Part shown: piece by piece, positions 42,547 through 56,140 of the stretch
Layout of the letters: the number at the start of each line of letters is the position of its first letter
How positions within the stretch are numbered: position 1 is the stretch's first letter
From: the human T2T-CHM13v2.0 reference genome, Homo sapiens
Reading direction: 5' to 3' (one strand)
Assembly (NCBI RefSeq): GCF_009914755.1
Contig: NC_060936.1
DNA length: 64,000 bases
Position numbers and translations under genes: made by a program
The notes under the pieces: model-generated
The model's input: the letters and a program-made list of their open reading frames with translations, nothing else
What the model was told of the DNA's origin: nothing
Database searches by the model: none

Positions 42547-42643
42547 ATCTATTAACCTAAATAGAAAAAAGAAATAACCAAATACTTGTTGAAATAACCA
42601 ACAAGTATTTGGTTATTTCTTTTTTCTATTTAGGTTAATAGAT
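42547..42643. repeat. Perfect inverted repeat, 45-bp arms with 7-nt spacer
   Basis: 42547-42591 is the exact reverse complement of 42599-42643. Confidence 0.97.
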
Positions 42644-45403
42644 GGAGCATTACCTAAAAATGAGATGAAGCATCACCTACAAATGTCCCTCAAACAAGTC
42701 ATACTTAGTTCAGATTATAAAGAGAGTATTTGATAAATGCTGTACGTATAAGGGAATTCGAATGGCACTAGCTTACAGCTTCTTGTGTCACTACCATGCC
42801 TCTAATGCAATTTCCCCCATCTAGAAATGTAACCCTCAGCCAGTTGCCTTGAAAGCTGGTTACCGTGGAGATGATTATCAGTATTATGATGACCTATTTA
42901 GAAGAATTTCTGCATCACCAGAAAACAAAAAACCACAGAGAGAGCCTTTCAAATGAATCATGCTCTTTCTCTGAAAGTGCCTTTACAAACAAATGCCATG
43001 GATGTATTGTGTTTGTGTGCTGTGTGTGGATTTGTTCATTATTTGTATTTGCAAAGGTTTTAGTGAAATTCCAGTTGTCTTTAGGCATGCCAAGAGTAGA
43101 GAGGGTAGTACAAACAACAGGCATAAGCATATAGACATCTGTCCTCTTCCTACAATTTGAAATGCATGGCCATGGCTGTATTGATTTCTCAGCAATGTTA
43201 ACATTTCTTTCATTTGTACAGTTTTTCTTGCTCATCCACTGCTTTTTGAGGCTTTTTAAGGACTGCTGGAATGTGGTTGGCAGGTGGTTGGTAAAGACTG
43301 GTTTTTACAAACTGATTGGCCATTAATAGTTCCTAAACACACTATGACTACTTGATGACTATTTTGATTTTCTCAAAATTATGTCATGAAATATTCTCTT
43401 AACTTCTGTTTGGTCTCCCATTTTTCTATAAAATAGTTTTGTGTGTGATTGTATGCAGACCTAGTGTTTTGTTTTTTTTTTAAGTTTTTAAATTTGTTAT
43501 CCATTAATCATTGCCCTGCTCCTTATAGGAAAGACTGATTTTCAGCTGCTGCCCTTTTTGGTTTTGTTTTGCTTTTGATTTTTCTTCTTCTTTTTTTTTT
43601 TTTTTTTTTGAGACATTTAATTTGCACTTGTAAAAATTTCAGTGATAAAAATTAAACCTTTATTATGTTCATAGAAGCAGCAAATAACAATATAAGCCAA
43701 ATGTTACCCCAAAGAGGTCAAACAGATCTAATATTTTCCTTCCAGTCTATGAAGGTCGTGTATTATGGCATTTTTATATTTGTTCTTATTGTATTTTCAG
43801 GCACACTCCTTTTTCTACTCTCATCCTTCCACCCACTGTCACTTCTTCTAAGGTAATGGCAGGAATGTTCATATTTTCTGCTGTTATTTCATATCATCTA
43901 GCAAAGTGCTGGATAATCGATGTTTAATAAACCTGACCCCTCATATAACCTCAAAAGTTTCAAAAGTTCTTTAACCAGATAAACTCCATTTTTGTCTGTT
44001 CATGTTCACAATGGCCTTCCAGTCTAGGAATCTCCATTTTTTAAACCATGTACAGGCAGTCTGTTTTCCACAGAACATTTTGGGTTTAAGTCAATTAACT
44101 AATTTTGGCCCCATTTTCAATTTCTATACCATAGACTTGTCCTTATGCCCAAAATCACATTGCTCTGAACTGAGGGCAAATATCAAATTCATATTAATCA
44201 CCTCACTAATATTCTTAGGCTGGTCTGAATGCTATGTAAATCCCAATAAAAATCTTAGTGTGAAAAAATTTTCTTCAACTAAATATAACTCCTTCTCTTT
44301 CAATATTTTTTAGAAGTACATTGACATTTTAATTAACAAGTTCTTACTTAAATTTTAACTCCAAAGAGTCTAGCACAATATATTTAAGTAGTCAACTACA
44401 CAGTCAGTGTAAAATGTTGACTTCTGTCCATCTAACACAGTTGTATAGGAACGGTTTTACCTGCAAAGCACTAATAATACTTATTGGCGTATGGCCTTTG
44501 ACTCATTTATACCATTTCCTAAAAGAGGCATGAAGGACACAGAGAGCTTTTCCATGTAACTCAGAGCCCATAAATGGTAGCTCCTCTTAGAATATTATGT
44601 CTACTCTCTTATTCAATTATTCAATAAAGATTGTTAACTCTCCCTCTAAAGTGGCCTTCAAATTAAGTAAAAAGTTGTGAGTTGTTTGAATCATATTCAC
44701 ATCCAGCACTGTTTGATTAAAAAAAAAAAAAATAGCCTTTCTGAAACCAGACTTGGAGTCCTAATCACCCAGAATAGTTCCAGACAAGATTCAGAATCAG
44801 AACTCTGACTCTGCCCAACAATTCCACTAAATTAATTCACTCTGCACTCTCTTGAATGGATTTGGAAGGCAAATCATGAGCTTGCTTTAGAGTATTTCCT
44901 CTTTGTCTAATCTTCACTCCTAGAAATGATAGTGCTTAGCATTTAGCACTTGCAATCCTTCCCACCCTGAAGCTAAACTGGGAAGAATGAGAGCAGAGTG
45001 TTCTAACCTTATTCATACCACAGGCAATTATTCAAGGAAAAAAAAACATATTTCACAGCCTTTAATTAGATAAACTTGCTTTGTGAATAGAACACAATCT
45101 TCAGAAGAATGATGTGGAATAACTTTTCTCCAGAAACATTCCATGGCTTTATTCCCTCTTCTCTAAGAAAATTCATGTCCTTAACTGCTAGCTATCCAAA
45201 GCAAATGATTAACACCCCATGTGTCTTGCAATATTGTATGATAGCGATAATCTAATATTGATAACCTGCAGAACTGCTCACTCCAGGAAGCTATCAAAAA
45301 AATGATAAGCCAAGTGAAAAAAGTACAGCCACACAACAGAATGTTAATATTTATGTTTCTAATAACATTTTTTAAAAGGTTTCTAATTAATGTAAATATA
45401 TTA

Positions 45404-45774
45404 TGATATGGTTTGGCTGTGTCCCCACCTAAAATCTCATCTTGAATTCCAGTCCCCATAATCCCCACATGTCAAGGGTGGGACCAGGTGAAGGTAATTG
45501 AATCATTGGGGGAGTTTCCCCCATGCTGTCCTCATGACAGTGAGTGAGTCTCAAGATATCTGACGGTTTTATAAGCATCTGGCATTTCCCCTGCTTACAA
45601 TTCTCCTTCCTGCCACCGTGTGAAGAAGGACGTATTTGCTTCCCCTTCTGCCATGATTGTAAGTTTCCTGAGGCCTCCCTAAGCCATGCTGAACTGTCAA
45701 TTAAACTTCTTTCCTTTATAAATTACCCAGTCTCAGGTATGTCTTCATTAGCAGTGTGAAAACAGACTAATACA
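45404..45774 (+). mobile_element. THE1 (C/D-like) MaLR solo LTR, sense to SYT1
   Basis: TGATATGGTTTGGCTGTGTCCCCACC...GACTAATACA; 5-bp TSD TATTA at 45399-45403 and 45775-45779. Confidence 0.93.
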
Positions 45775-46049
45775 TATTAACTCACTACAGTTATTCCAGC
45801 TAATAATTTTTGTCATGTTCTATCCAATCTGGAACAGTACCTGTTAGGGTATTCCTGATGAGAAGCTCAGGGAGGGCACTGCTGGATAAATCAGCTGTTT
45901 ACAAGTTTCATTCACCATTATGTTAGTGTTCAGTGAGTAAATTATGCCATTTAAGATTTCCAGGGACAATTCTTATGGGCCTGTGCCCAAGAAGTCCCCA
46001 TAAGGTTTAGCGCCCTCACTCCAACATGCTAAGAGAATAAACCAAAAAC

Positions 46050-46500
46050 CATGTATTCATTAAAGAAGTGATCATTGAGGACCCACTGTGTGCCATCAGG
46101 TTCTCAGCTAGTGCTAAAGATATGGTGGGAAGAAAACAATAAAAACGGAAATGGTTCCTGTCTTTTGAGGCTTAGAGATTAGGAGGGAAAAAGACATTTA
46201 TAAGTCACACAAATAGAAAGAATGAATTGGCATTTTATAAGAATTATGAAAGTAAACTCTGCTTTAGAATGAGGAGTCAAAGGAGTTTCCGTGAATAAAT
46301 GATGTTGGAGCTGAGCTTAATTGAAGAGGTATGGGAAAGGGACATGAGGAGGAGGCATCCCAGGCATGAGGCATGAGGAGTGGAACACATTCAAAGGGCT
46401 AAAAGGTCACTGAGGCTGGAGTGGAGGCAGCAAGTGGGAGCGTCCTGAGAGAAGAAACTGGAGAGGTAGAGCAGGAGCCAGATCATTCAGGCTCTATTTG
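46050..46500 (-). mobile_element. L2 fragment (a MIR fragment follows at ~46650-46820, +)
   Basis: ATTCATT...ATTGAGGACCCACTGTGTGCCA L2 tail; CTCATCTGTAAAATGGAG..ATAGTACCTACCTC MIR core. Confidence 0.65.
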
Positions 46501-47400
46501 TCTAGCTCAGACATGTCTGCATTTAACTTATGGTATAATTACTGGATTAAAAACAATATAAGGAGTTATACAATGTTTTAATCCTTCTTTACACAATGTG
46601 TATAATCTAAGTTGATAATGCTTATGAATGTTGAATTACAATGAATGTTCAAAGTCACAGGACTTCTGTGATAACTAATATTAACTGTGTGACTGTGGAG
46701 TGATAACTTTTAGTCTTAAGTACCTCATCTGTAAAATGGAGGTCATAGTACCTACCTCTCAGGGTAGCCACTAAGTCTTCATAGATAAATTGGAAAGACT
46801 GGATGGTACAGTGCCTGGTCAAAGCCTTTTAAAAATTAGAAGAAATATGCAGCACAGCCCTTATACCTGGGAAAGAATGAACCCTATCCTGGAACCCAGA
46901 GTTTAGAGGGCCCTATTCTGGTTCTCGCCTAGCTACACTCTCAAAGGGTGGAGAGTCTTCAAGTCCAACAGAATACACTCACCTGGAGGCCACACTGAAC
47001 TCTGTATTCTAGATGATGCTCTGGATACCTGAGACCCCAAAGTTTCCTACCAAAATGATCCCATGATGATTCACGAGGCCTTTAAGTGTCTTTTCCCCAA
47101 GCATGCACCATCTGAAGACAGATGCATACCCCATGTCTGAGGGGTGGCTAGGGAGCAGTGGTGAATAGCACTTGTACATACAGGCAGAGTGTCCTCAAAT
47201 GTATATGTGAAACTTCTTGCAATGCACGTTGTAGCTTAGTGTGAGAAGAGGAGGGGGACGGGACAGGGCCAGAAATAAACTTTACCCACACTACCAGGTT
47301 CTATTGTGGGACCACAGTCTGAGAATTATAAATGTAAAGCTGGATTCTCTGGTCATTATTAACATTTATTTGTCAAGATATGAGAACAGAAAATACCTAT

Positions 47401-48416
<1,016 letters not shown>

Positions 48417-49140
48417 TAACTTTTAACAATTAGACATATGGCACATGGACTTGGATTTGTAGTGTTAATCTGGGCAAGTAAAACAGGGAGGTCTGAGCCT
48501 GTGATTTACAAAAGTCTACATATCAGAGAATTCCATTTCATTTAAACCATCTTAAGATATATGGATTTCCTATTTATGAAAATCACATTAGGTTAATCAC
48601 GAATTTCCATTATGCACAGGAAGACTAGAGAAAGCCAAGGGAAATAGTAAGTTCAAAGGAAGACAGTCCCTCTAGTGACCTCTTTCCCTCTCTACCTAAG
48701 CATACCGCTATCCAAATATCACTGAATGTATGTCTTATGAAACTGTATATCTCTATGTAGAGGTGGAAGGAGAAAAAAACATGAAAGATGATGTTTAGAA
48801 TTAACAAAACGTTAGTTCTCTAGCTGTAAAACTTGTTTGTACTCCCTGACTATAAAGCCTCAAATTCAAATTGAGCATTTCCAGCTGAGTGAAAGGTGCC
48901 TGCCTGCTCTGAGTTCCTGTCACAGTTATTGCTGTACATAAGTCATTTGGCAAGAAAACACACACGGTCTTAGGCTATCTTTCCTACTACAAAAAATATG
49001 GACTAATTTAAATATAACTTTTTTAGGAATTGATGTCTTCTCTTCCCAACTGAACTATAAGTTCTTTGAAGAACAAATTGGAATCTGCTGTTTTCTGTAT
49101 GCCTTCATTCTCTTGCAGCCCCTAAGAGTTGCTTAGGAAA

Positions 49141-49450
49141 GCCGGGCATGGTGGCTCATGCCTGTAATCCCAGGACTTTGGGAGGCTGAGGCAGGAGGAT
49201 CACTTGAGTTCAAGAGTTTAAGACCAGCCTAGGCAACATAGCAAGATCTCATCTGTACTAAAAATCAAAAGAATTAGCCAGGTGTTGTGGTGTGCACCTG
49301 TAGTCCCAGCTACTTGGGAGGCTGAGGTGGGAGGATCACTTGAGCCCGGAGGTTGAGGCAGCAGTGAGCCATGATTGTGCCACTGCACTCCAGCCTGGGC
49401 AACAGAGCAAGACTCTTGTCTCAAGACTAAACAAAACAACAACAACAAAA
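49141..49450 (+). mobile_element. AluJ with (CAA)n tail
   Basis: Dimeric J-type Alu. Confidence 0.92.
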
Positions 49451-49482
49451 GAGACGCTCAGTAGGTATTTATACTTAACTGG

Positions 49483-49640
49483 TTCATTCAGGTATCTAGC
49501 AAATATTGACTGGATTCCCACCATGTGCCAGGCTCTGTGTCAAGCATGGGGATACAGAGTTGAACAAGACACTGGCTGAAAGATAAATACCTGGCACATA
49601 ACAGACACTCAGTGAGTGAGTGAATAAATGAATGAATGAA
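49483..49640. mobile_element. Two inverted L2 3'-tail fragments
   Basis: Minus-strand TTCATTCA...ATGTGCCAGGC, then plus-strand CCTGGCACATA...TGAATGAATGAA. Confidence 0.7.
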
Positions 49641-50036
49641 TTCTGTACCACAAAGTTAAGAGAAAATATCAAGAAAACTGGAATCACCATTTAAGTTGTC
49701 TTACATCCGAAGTTATCAAGGTGAAAGATGTCAGCCTGGCAGAATGCCCACAATTCTAGAAAATCTGGGGAAAACAAGACAGTCCTAGCATTTGTTCCTC
49801 TGGATCATCTCCATGACTATTTAGTATGTGGTGCTAGAATCTTGCAAAGAATTAAAACTTTTCATAGAAACCAAATTTTCTATATAAGAAATTTAACTAA
49901 TACCCCCACTCTCACTTCTCAGAGACAGAGCAGTGTATGTCAAGAAATTTCTTTTGTCAAGGAAATCAGTGTATACAAAATATTATTGTATTTTTTACTG
50001 AGATCTGAAATACGAATGTGTGGTGATTGACTTTAA

Positions 50037-50567
<531 letters not shown>

Positions 50568-50844
50568 TGATCTCTCCCTCAAAGCTATTTATCTCCTTGA
50601 TGTGCAGTATGCAAACTGATTTTAAACAGAATTTTGCAGCTTTATGAAAGAGAATCACATTTGGTCATCAATGAATTAAAATGAAATATCTCTCTGGAAG
50701 GATAAGGAAAATCAACATTCAAATATAAAAATTTAATAATAAACCAACTAACATGTTCAAGGTTTCTCTTTTTAAAAAAGGGCCTACATTATTAATACTA
50801 TAAAATTTCAAACCAGATATTATAGATCTTAAAAAAATTGTCAT

Positions 50845-51121
50845 TTTTTCTTTTTTTTTTTAATTATTATACTTTAAGTTCTAGGGTACATGTGCACAAC
50901 CTGCAGGTTTGTTACATATGTATACATGTGCCATGTTGGTTTGCTGCACCCATTAACTCGTCATTTACATTAGGTATTTTTCCTAATGCTATCCCTCCCC
51001 CTGCCCCCCAACCCCACAAGAGGCCCCGGTGTGTGATGTTCCCCTTCCTGTGTCCGTGTGTTCTCATTGTTCAATTCCCACCTATGAGTGAGAACATGCG
51101 GTTTTTGGTTTTCTGTCCTTG
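50845..51121 (-). mobile_element. L1PA5/6-like 3' end
   Basis: TTATACTTTAAGTTCTAGGGTACATGTGCACAAC...CCCACCTATGAGTGAGAACATGCGG. Confidence 0.92.
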
Positions 51122-51221
51122 AACATTATCACTTTTTCTAATGGGAGAAAACAACTGCATTGTTCATCCTCTTCCAAGTCCATAGGCTCAACAAAGTCAC
51201 TTAAGGTTAGGAAGGGGGTAG

Positions 51222-51551
<330 letters not shown>

Positions 51552-53449
51552 CTATTTTCTTTTTTAAGCAGAGAAAGAAGCACTGAGACGTTTTCAGCTA
51601 AGAAAACTTAGAAGCATTACCCAACCCCCTAGGAAATATACTCAAAAACTTTGAAAAGTACTAGAAATAGTTCAAAATGAGGAAATGAGAGTGATTTTTT
51701 TCACTTTTTAGAAGCATTTCCAGGTCTCCCTCAGTTATCCTAAGATTATCTCAGTCCATACACTGCCTAATTCTTAGATGGCAGAATGTTTAAAAAACAT
51801 GCAGATATCTTAAAGCAAGTGCGTTCAAGGAATAGAGAGTTAATGAAAGTAAAATTGATTCTGGCCAAACCAATTGTAGAACTGAGTGAGCCTGAGTAAG
51901 CCACTGAAGACCAGGAACCCGTGTAGTCATATGACGTATAAGATACCCTCTATTCTCACATTGTTTTCATTTTGTACTCATGTTAAATTGTCTGGGGACT
52001 CTCTCTATGTGGATAAGAAGTAGCATTAATTTGTCATATTACATGTACATTTATTAAAAATCCTAGCAGCAATGTTACCAAGTAACAGTGTTACTGATAT
52101 TATTTCATCAATTAGAAATGCTGAATTATTTTTAAAGAAAAATCTCGCTAGTGACCTTTCATCTGACGTAAATAAGAGGCTTAACCTATATCTCAAAAAA
52201 AAAATCAAGTCAAATTTACCACTTGTAATTTTGTTTGCATTACTGAATCATTTGACTTGTTTTTGTCTCTGTGTTTGTTAGTCAGCTCATACAAACAGTT
52301 TATCCTCAGTCATTCCACCAAGCTCTTTGCAGTCATCTAGAAAGAATCAGACATTATTACTACCATTCTTGTTTACCCTTCCTGAAAGATTTTCCAAAGA
52401 AAAGGAGAAACAGGCTTGAATTATACATGAAGAATTTCACCATAAAATCTGAACAAAAAACATCCAGATTATACAAACGTATTGTACTTGCCCCTCTACT
52501 AAGGGTGGTGCTCCAACCCTCACACTGATATGTCAACTGCCCATAACCATGCCCCACCTGAGAATTCTTTCTTTGCCATATCCTTGTTTTCCAGCTTTTG
52601 TATATGCATCCCTACATTTTTAGTCAAGAAGCTGGCAGTCACATGCTGTCCATTTGCCAATGTTGGAAATGACTGTTGGAATTCAATGGTTTCCCCCACC
52701 ACTAAGAAAAATGCTTTTCATTTAATTCATAATAACAACAGTTTGCATTTATGTTTTTTATCTGTTTCAAAGCACTCCTCTGCCACCATTAATGAACTAA
52801 ATCAGCCTTTGCTATTTTATGATCTGTCTCATTAAAATGGAGTTGATTTTCTCTGTGGTAGTCACTTGCATAATGTTGTTTTCTTCTAGCAAACCCTGCA
52901 CTTAACTAATGTAAATTCATTTTTAAATTGTGTGTTTACACAGAAAATTTTCCCCAAATATATTTTTAATGCTGCATCCTTTCAACAGCATTACAGGGAG
53001 TATTTTATTCTATATAGACATTTTAAACTATAAAGACACTTAAATGCTTTAATGTAGTCTTCTCTAAGTACTTGTAAATTATTTATAAAGACCCCCTCAA
53101 GTAAATGTGTTGAAACTGCCAGTGGTAGAAACAGAAATTGTTTGCTCTGTGAGCCCTATTAATACTTAATTATTTGTATAGTATTAAATGATTGGCTTAC
53201 TGATGAACTAAGGCTTAATAAGTGAACAAGAAAACTTGCAGTTGGCAAAGAAACTCTGAATGTTAAATTTATTATGGTTTAACTCTGTCTCTGTTACTAC
53301 TGGACCACTTATACAAGTGCCTGATGGCTCATTCCTAGGGATTTGATCTAATGTGGGAGGAAGATGTCTCTCTGCAAATAAGTGCAGGCACACACAAGTT
53401 TAGGCAGAGATGGTGTTCTAGTGACTCTAGGTTGAGAAACTATAAATAT

Positions 53450-54890
53450 TGGTTGGTTGCCGCCCACCTTCCATCCTGCCTTCTTTTAGGTAGAGACTTC
53501 TGGCTTCTGCTTGAGGAACCACCCTATCCTACTCTAGCCTTGTGCTTAGAATAAAATTGAGCTTACCCCCAATTCCAAAGGTAGGTCTACCTGGCCTTCC
53601 TAATGATTTAAAGATAGACACATAACTCAACCTAGCTCATCACATTCTTTTAGACACAGGGATTAATATAGAATAAGCATTTCATCTATGTTAGTCCAAT
53701 CAGAATACACTTAGGACTTGCCCTGGGAATTCTGGATGTAGACTGTCTTTTCCCTTGGGTGGTATAGTGTGATGATATAAGACTTGTAGCTGGTGCAGTC
53801 ATTTGCATCCATAAGAGGAAAGCCTAGAATGGCTGGAAAGCAATGGCTGGGACCTTGCTGATACTGTTGGATTTATGTTAGATAGGGAACAGACCAAACT
53901 GCTGTAACAAAGAGATTCTAAAATACAGGGACTGAAAAAGATAAAATTTCCTTTTTAGATTCTTTTTTTGTCTTTTGTTTTCCTTTTAGTGGAGAATGGG
54001 GTCTTGCTATATTGCCCAGGCAGATCTCGAACTTCTGGGCTCAAGCTATCCTCCCACCTCTGCCTCCCTAAGAGCTGGGACTACAGGAGTGAGCCACTGC
54101 ACCCTGCTAAACTTTTTATTTTCCTTACGTCTCTGTCTATCTACCTCATAACTATATGGCTGGCCAAGAGTGATAGGCAGTTTGGGGTCATGGGGTCAGT
54201 TAGGGACCCAGGATCTTCCTATCTTGTTGTTCTGCTGTCCTGCTAGGGTATTGTCTTCATGTTGCAAAGCCAGTGATGCTTCACCACCCTCCCATCACAG
54301 CCTTGTTTCAGTTACAAGAAAAAAGAAAGGAATAGTGGAGGGCAAGAAGCTTCTTCTAATGCAGGGCTTATCAATCTAAGCTCTATTGACATTTTGGGCC
54401 TGGTAATTATTTTCTGTTTGGGGTTGTCTTGTATATTGTATGTTTAGCAGAATCCCTGGCCTCTAGTGCCTAATGCCTATAGCATCCCTCCCTCTCTCCT
54501 AGTAATGACAATCAAAAATGTCTCAGACATTGCCAGCTGTCTGGGAGGGAAAACAGCCCCCCGCTGAGAACCCCTGCTTTAAGGATATCTATGGAAGTTA
54601 TACATATCACTTCCCTGTAAGAGTCAGAAGATAACATGTGGACACACTGAGTCATAAGACAGTCTGGGAGAAATATTTCTAGCTGGGTGAACTTTTGCCC
54701 AGGTACAATTTCAGGGGCTCTATTGCTAAAAAATTAGGGAAAATGATTTTTAGGGGACAATTCAAAATCTCTTCCACACAGCTGTACTTTTGAAGCTTTC
54801 TATCATATTAGCCAGTAAGTTACCTTTACAATTTAAACAATTTGGAATAGGTTTTTCGGTCACTTGAAGTTCAGAGCCCTAATTGATACC
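53450..54890. mobile_element. Nested cluster: ERVL LTR (LTR33/LTR16-like, +) containing an MLT1J-like LTR (~53870-54780, -), which contains a FLAM (~53962-54108, -) and MER20
   Basis: Each outer element's motifs resume after the inner insertion; the ERVL-type end is ...GGTTTTTCGGTCACTTG...CCTAATTGATAC. Confidence 0.55.
54362..54576. mobile_element. MER20 hAT-Charlie MITE
   Basis: CTATTGACATTTTGGGCC...GTTTAGCAGAATCCCTGGCCTCTA...AAAAATGTCTCAGACATTGCCA...TGAGAACCCCTG. Confidence 0.88.
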
Positions 54891-55549
54891 AGTATTATTA
54901 TCTTTATCCAACACTGTAAGTTGAAAATAGTGAACATTATCCAAAGAAAAAAGGATAAAAGGAATAATACCTGAAGATACTCAGAAGCTGGGTACTGGCT
55001 GAGAAGGGATTGAACAAAACAGCAGAAATGAGGCTGTTTCTTATCAAGAGAAATATGGTAGAAACGGAAAGGCCATGGTCACAGGAGCCCACGGTCACTG
55101 TAGTAGTTAAGAAAAAAGGCAATATAATTATGCTAAATTACCAAAATGAAAACTGCAGGCATCTTGCATTATTTGGCTTTGAACTGCTACTTTCTAGTTC
55201 TCATTGTAAATACAAAAAGCGTTTAGTGGCTCCCTTATATCTCACACAAAAGGATCATTGCTTACAGCCAGCTGTTTGGCAATTATATTTCTATGAAGTT
55301 AGCATAATTTGAGATTAGAACTGCCTGAGAAGAGGGGGGTGGTGATAACATTCTAGTGTATTGAAGTAGGGTATGGAATAGTGATGGTGGAAGCTCTGAT
55401 TTTAGAAGTGAATGGCCTTTCCAAAGTTCATCTCGAAGCCAACAGTTCTGAATTCAAAACATATTTTGCCATAGGAATCTTATTTTTTTAAGTTATTAGA
55501 TTAGCACAGGAGTCCTCCAATACCAGAAAAGAAAGAGACATGTACTTTA

Positions 55550-56140
55550 CGGTAGTACAGAAGAAAATGCTGCAGGGCAAAGGAAGATTTGTCTGAAGGT
55601 TCAGACTGAGGAAATCATTAGTAAAATCTTCAGGGAAGTGGTGACTTTTAAACTAAGCTTTAGATGAGGAAAGAGAGAAAGGGCCTTTCAGGGTGAAGGA
55701 CGGCCAGTTCAAAGACACAGTATTTAAAATTCTCCATGAGGAATAGTAAGTGCCTACCATGAGTACAGCATAAGGTTTATGGAGATATGACAATAAGTTA
55801 GGACGGGGCTGTGAATGTATGGTGGAGTTTGGATTTTTTTAGTCCACAAGCCACTAAAGAGTTTTAATGAGGAGGATAGTATGATCAAATATAGCTTTAA
55901 TAATTACATGAAGAATGCTTTGAAATTGAGGACATTACTGCAAGAGAATTGGATTTCTGATCTTGAGACATGGCAGTGGGTTAGAAAGAGAGAAATCACC
56001 AGAGAAACAACGTGAAGGTAAATTGGCATGGGAGGTAGAGAAGAAAGAATCAAATATGGCTCCAAATTTTTAGGTCTACGAGGTTGGAATCATGGCACAA
56101 GGATAGGCTTAAAAGGAAAGGAATGAGCTCAGTAGGTATC
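55550..56140 (-). mobile_element. L2 fragment
   Basis: CTTCAGGGAAGTGGTGACTTTTAAACTAAG; AAGCCACTAAAGAGTTTTAA; AATCAAATATGGCTCCAAATTTTT. Confidence 0.55.
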
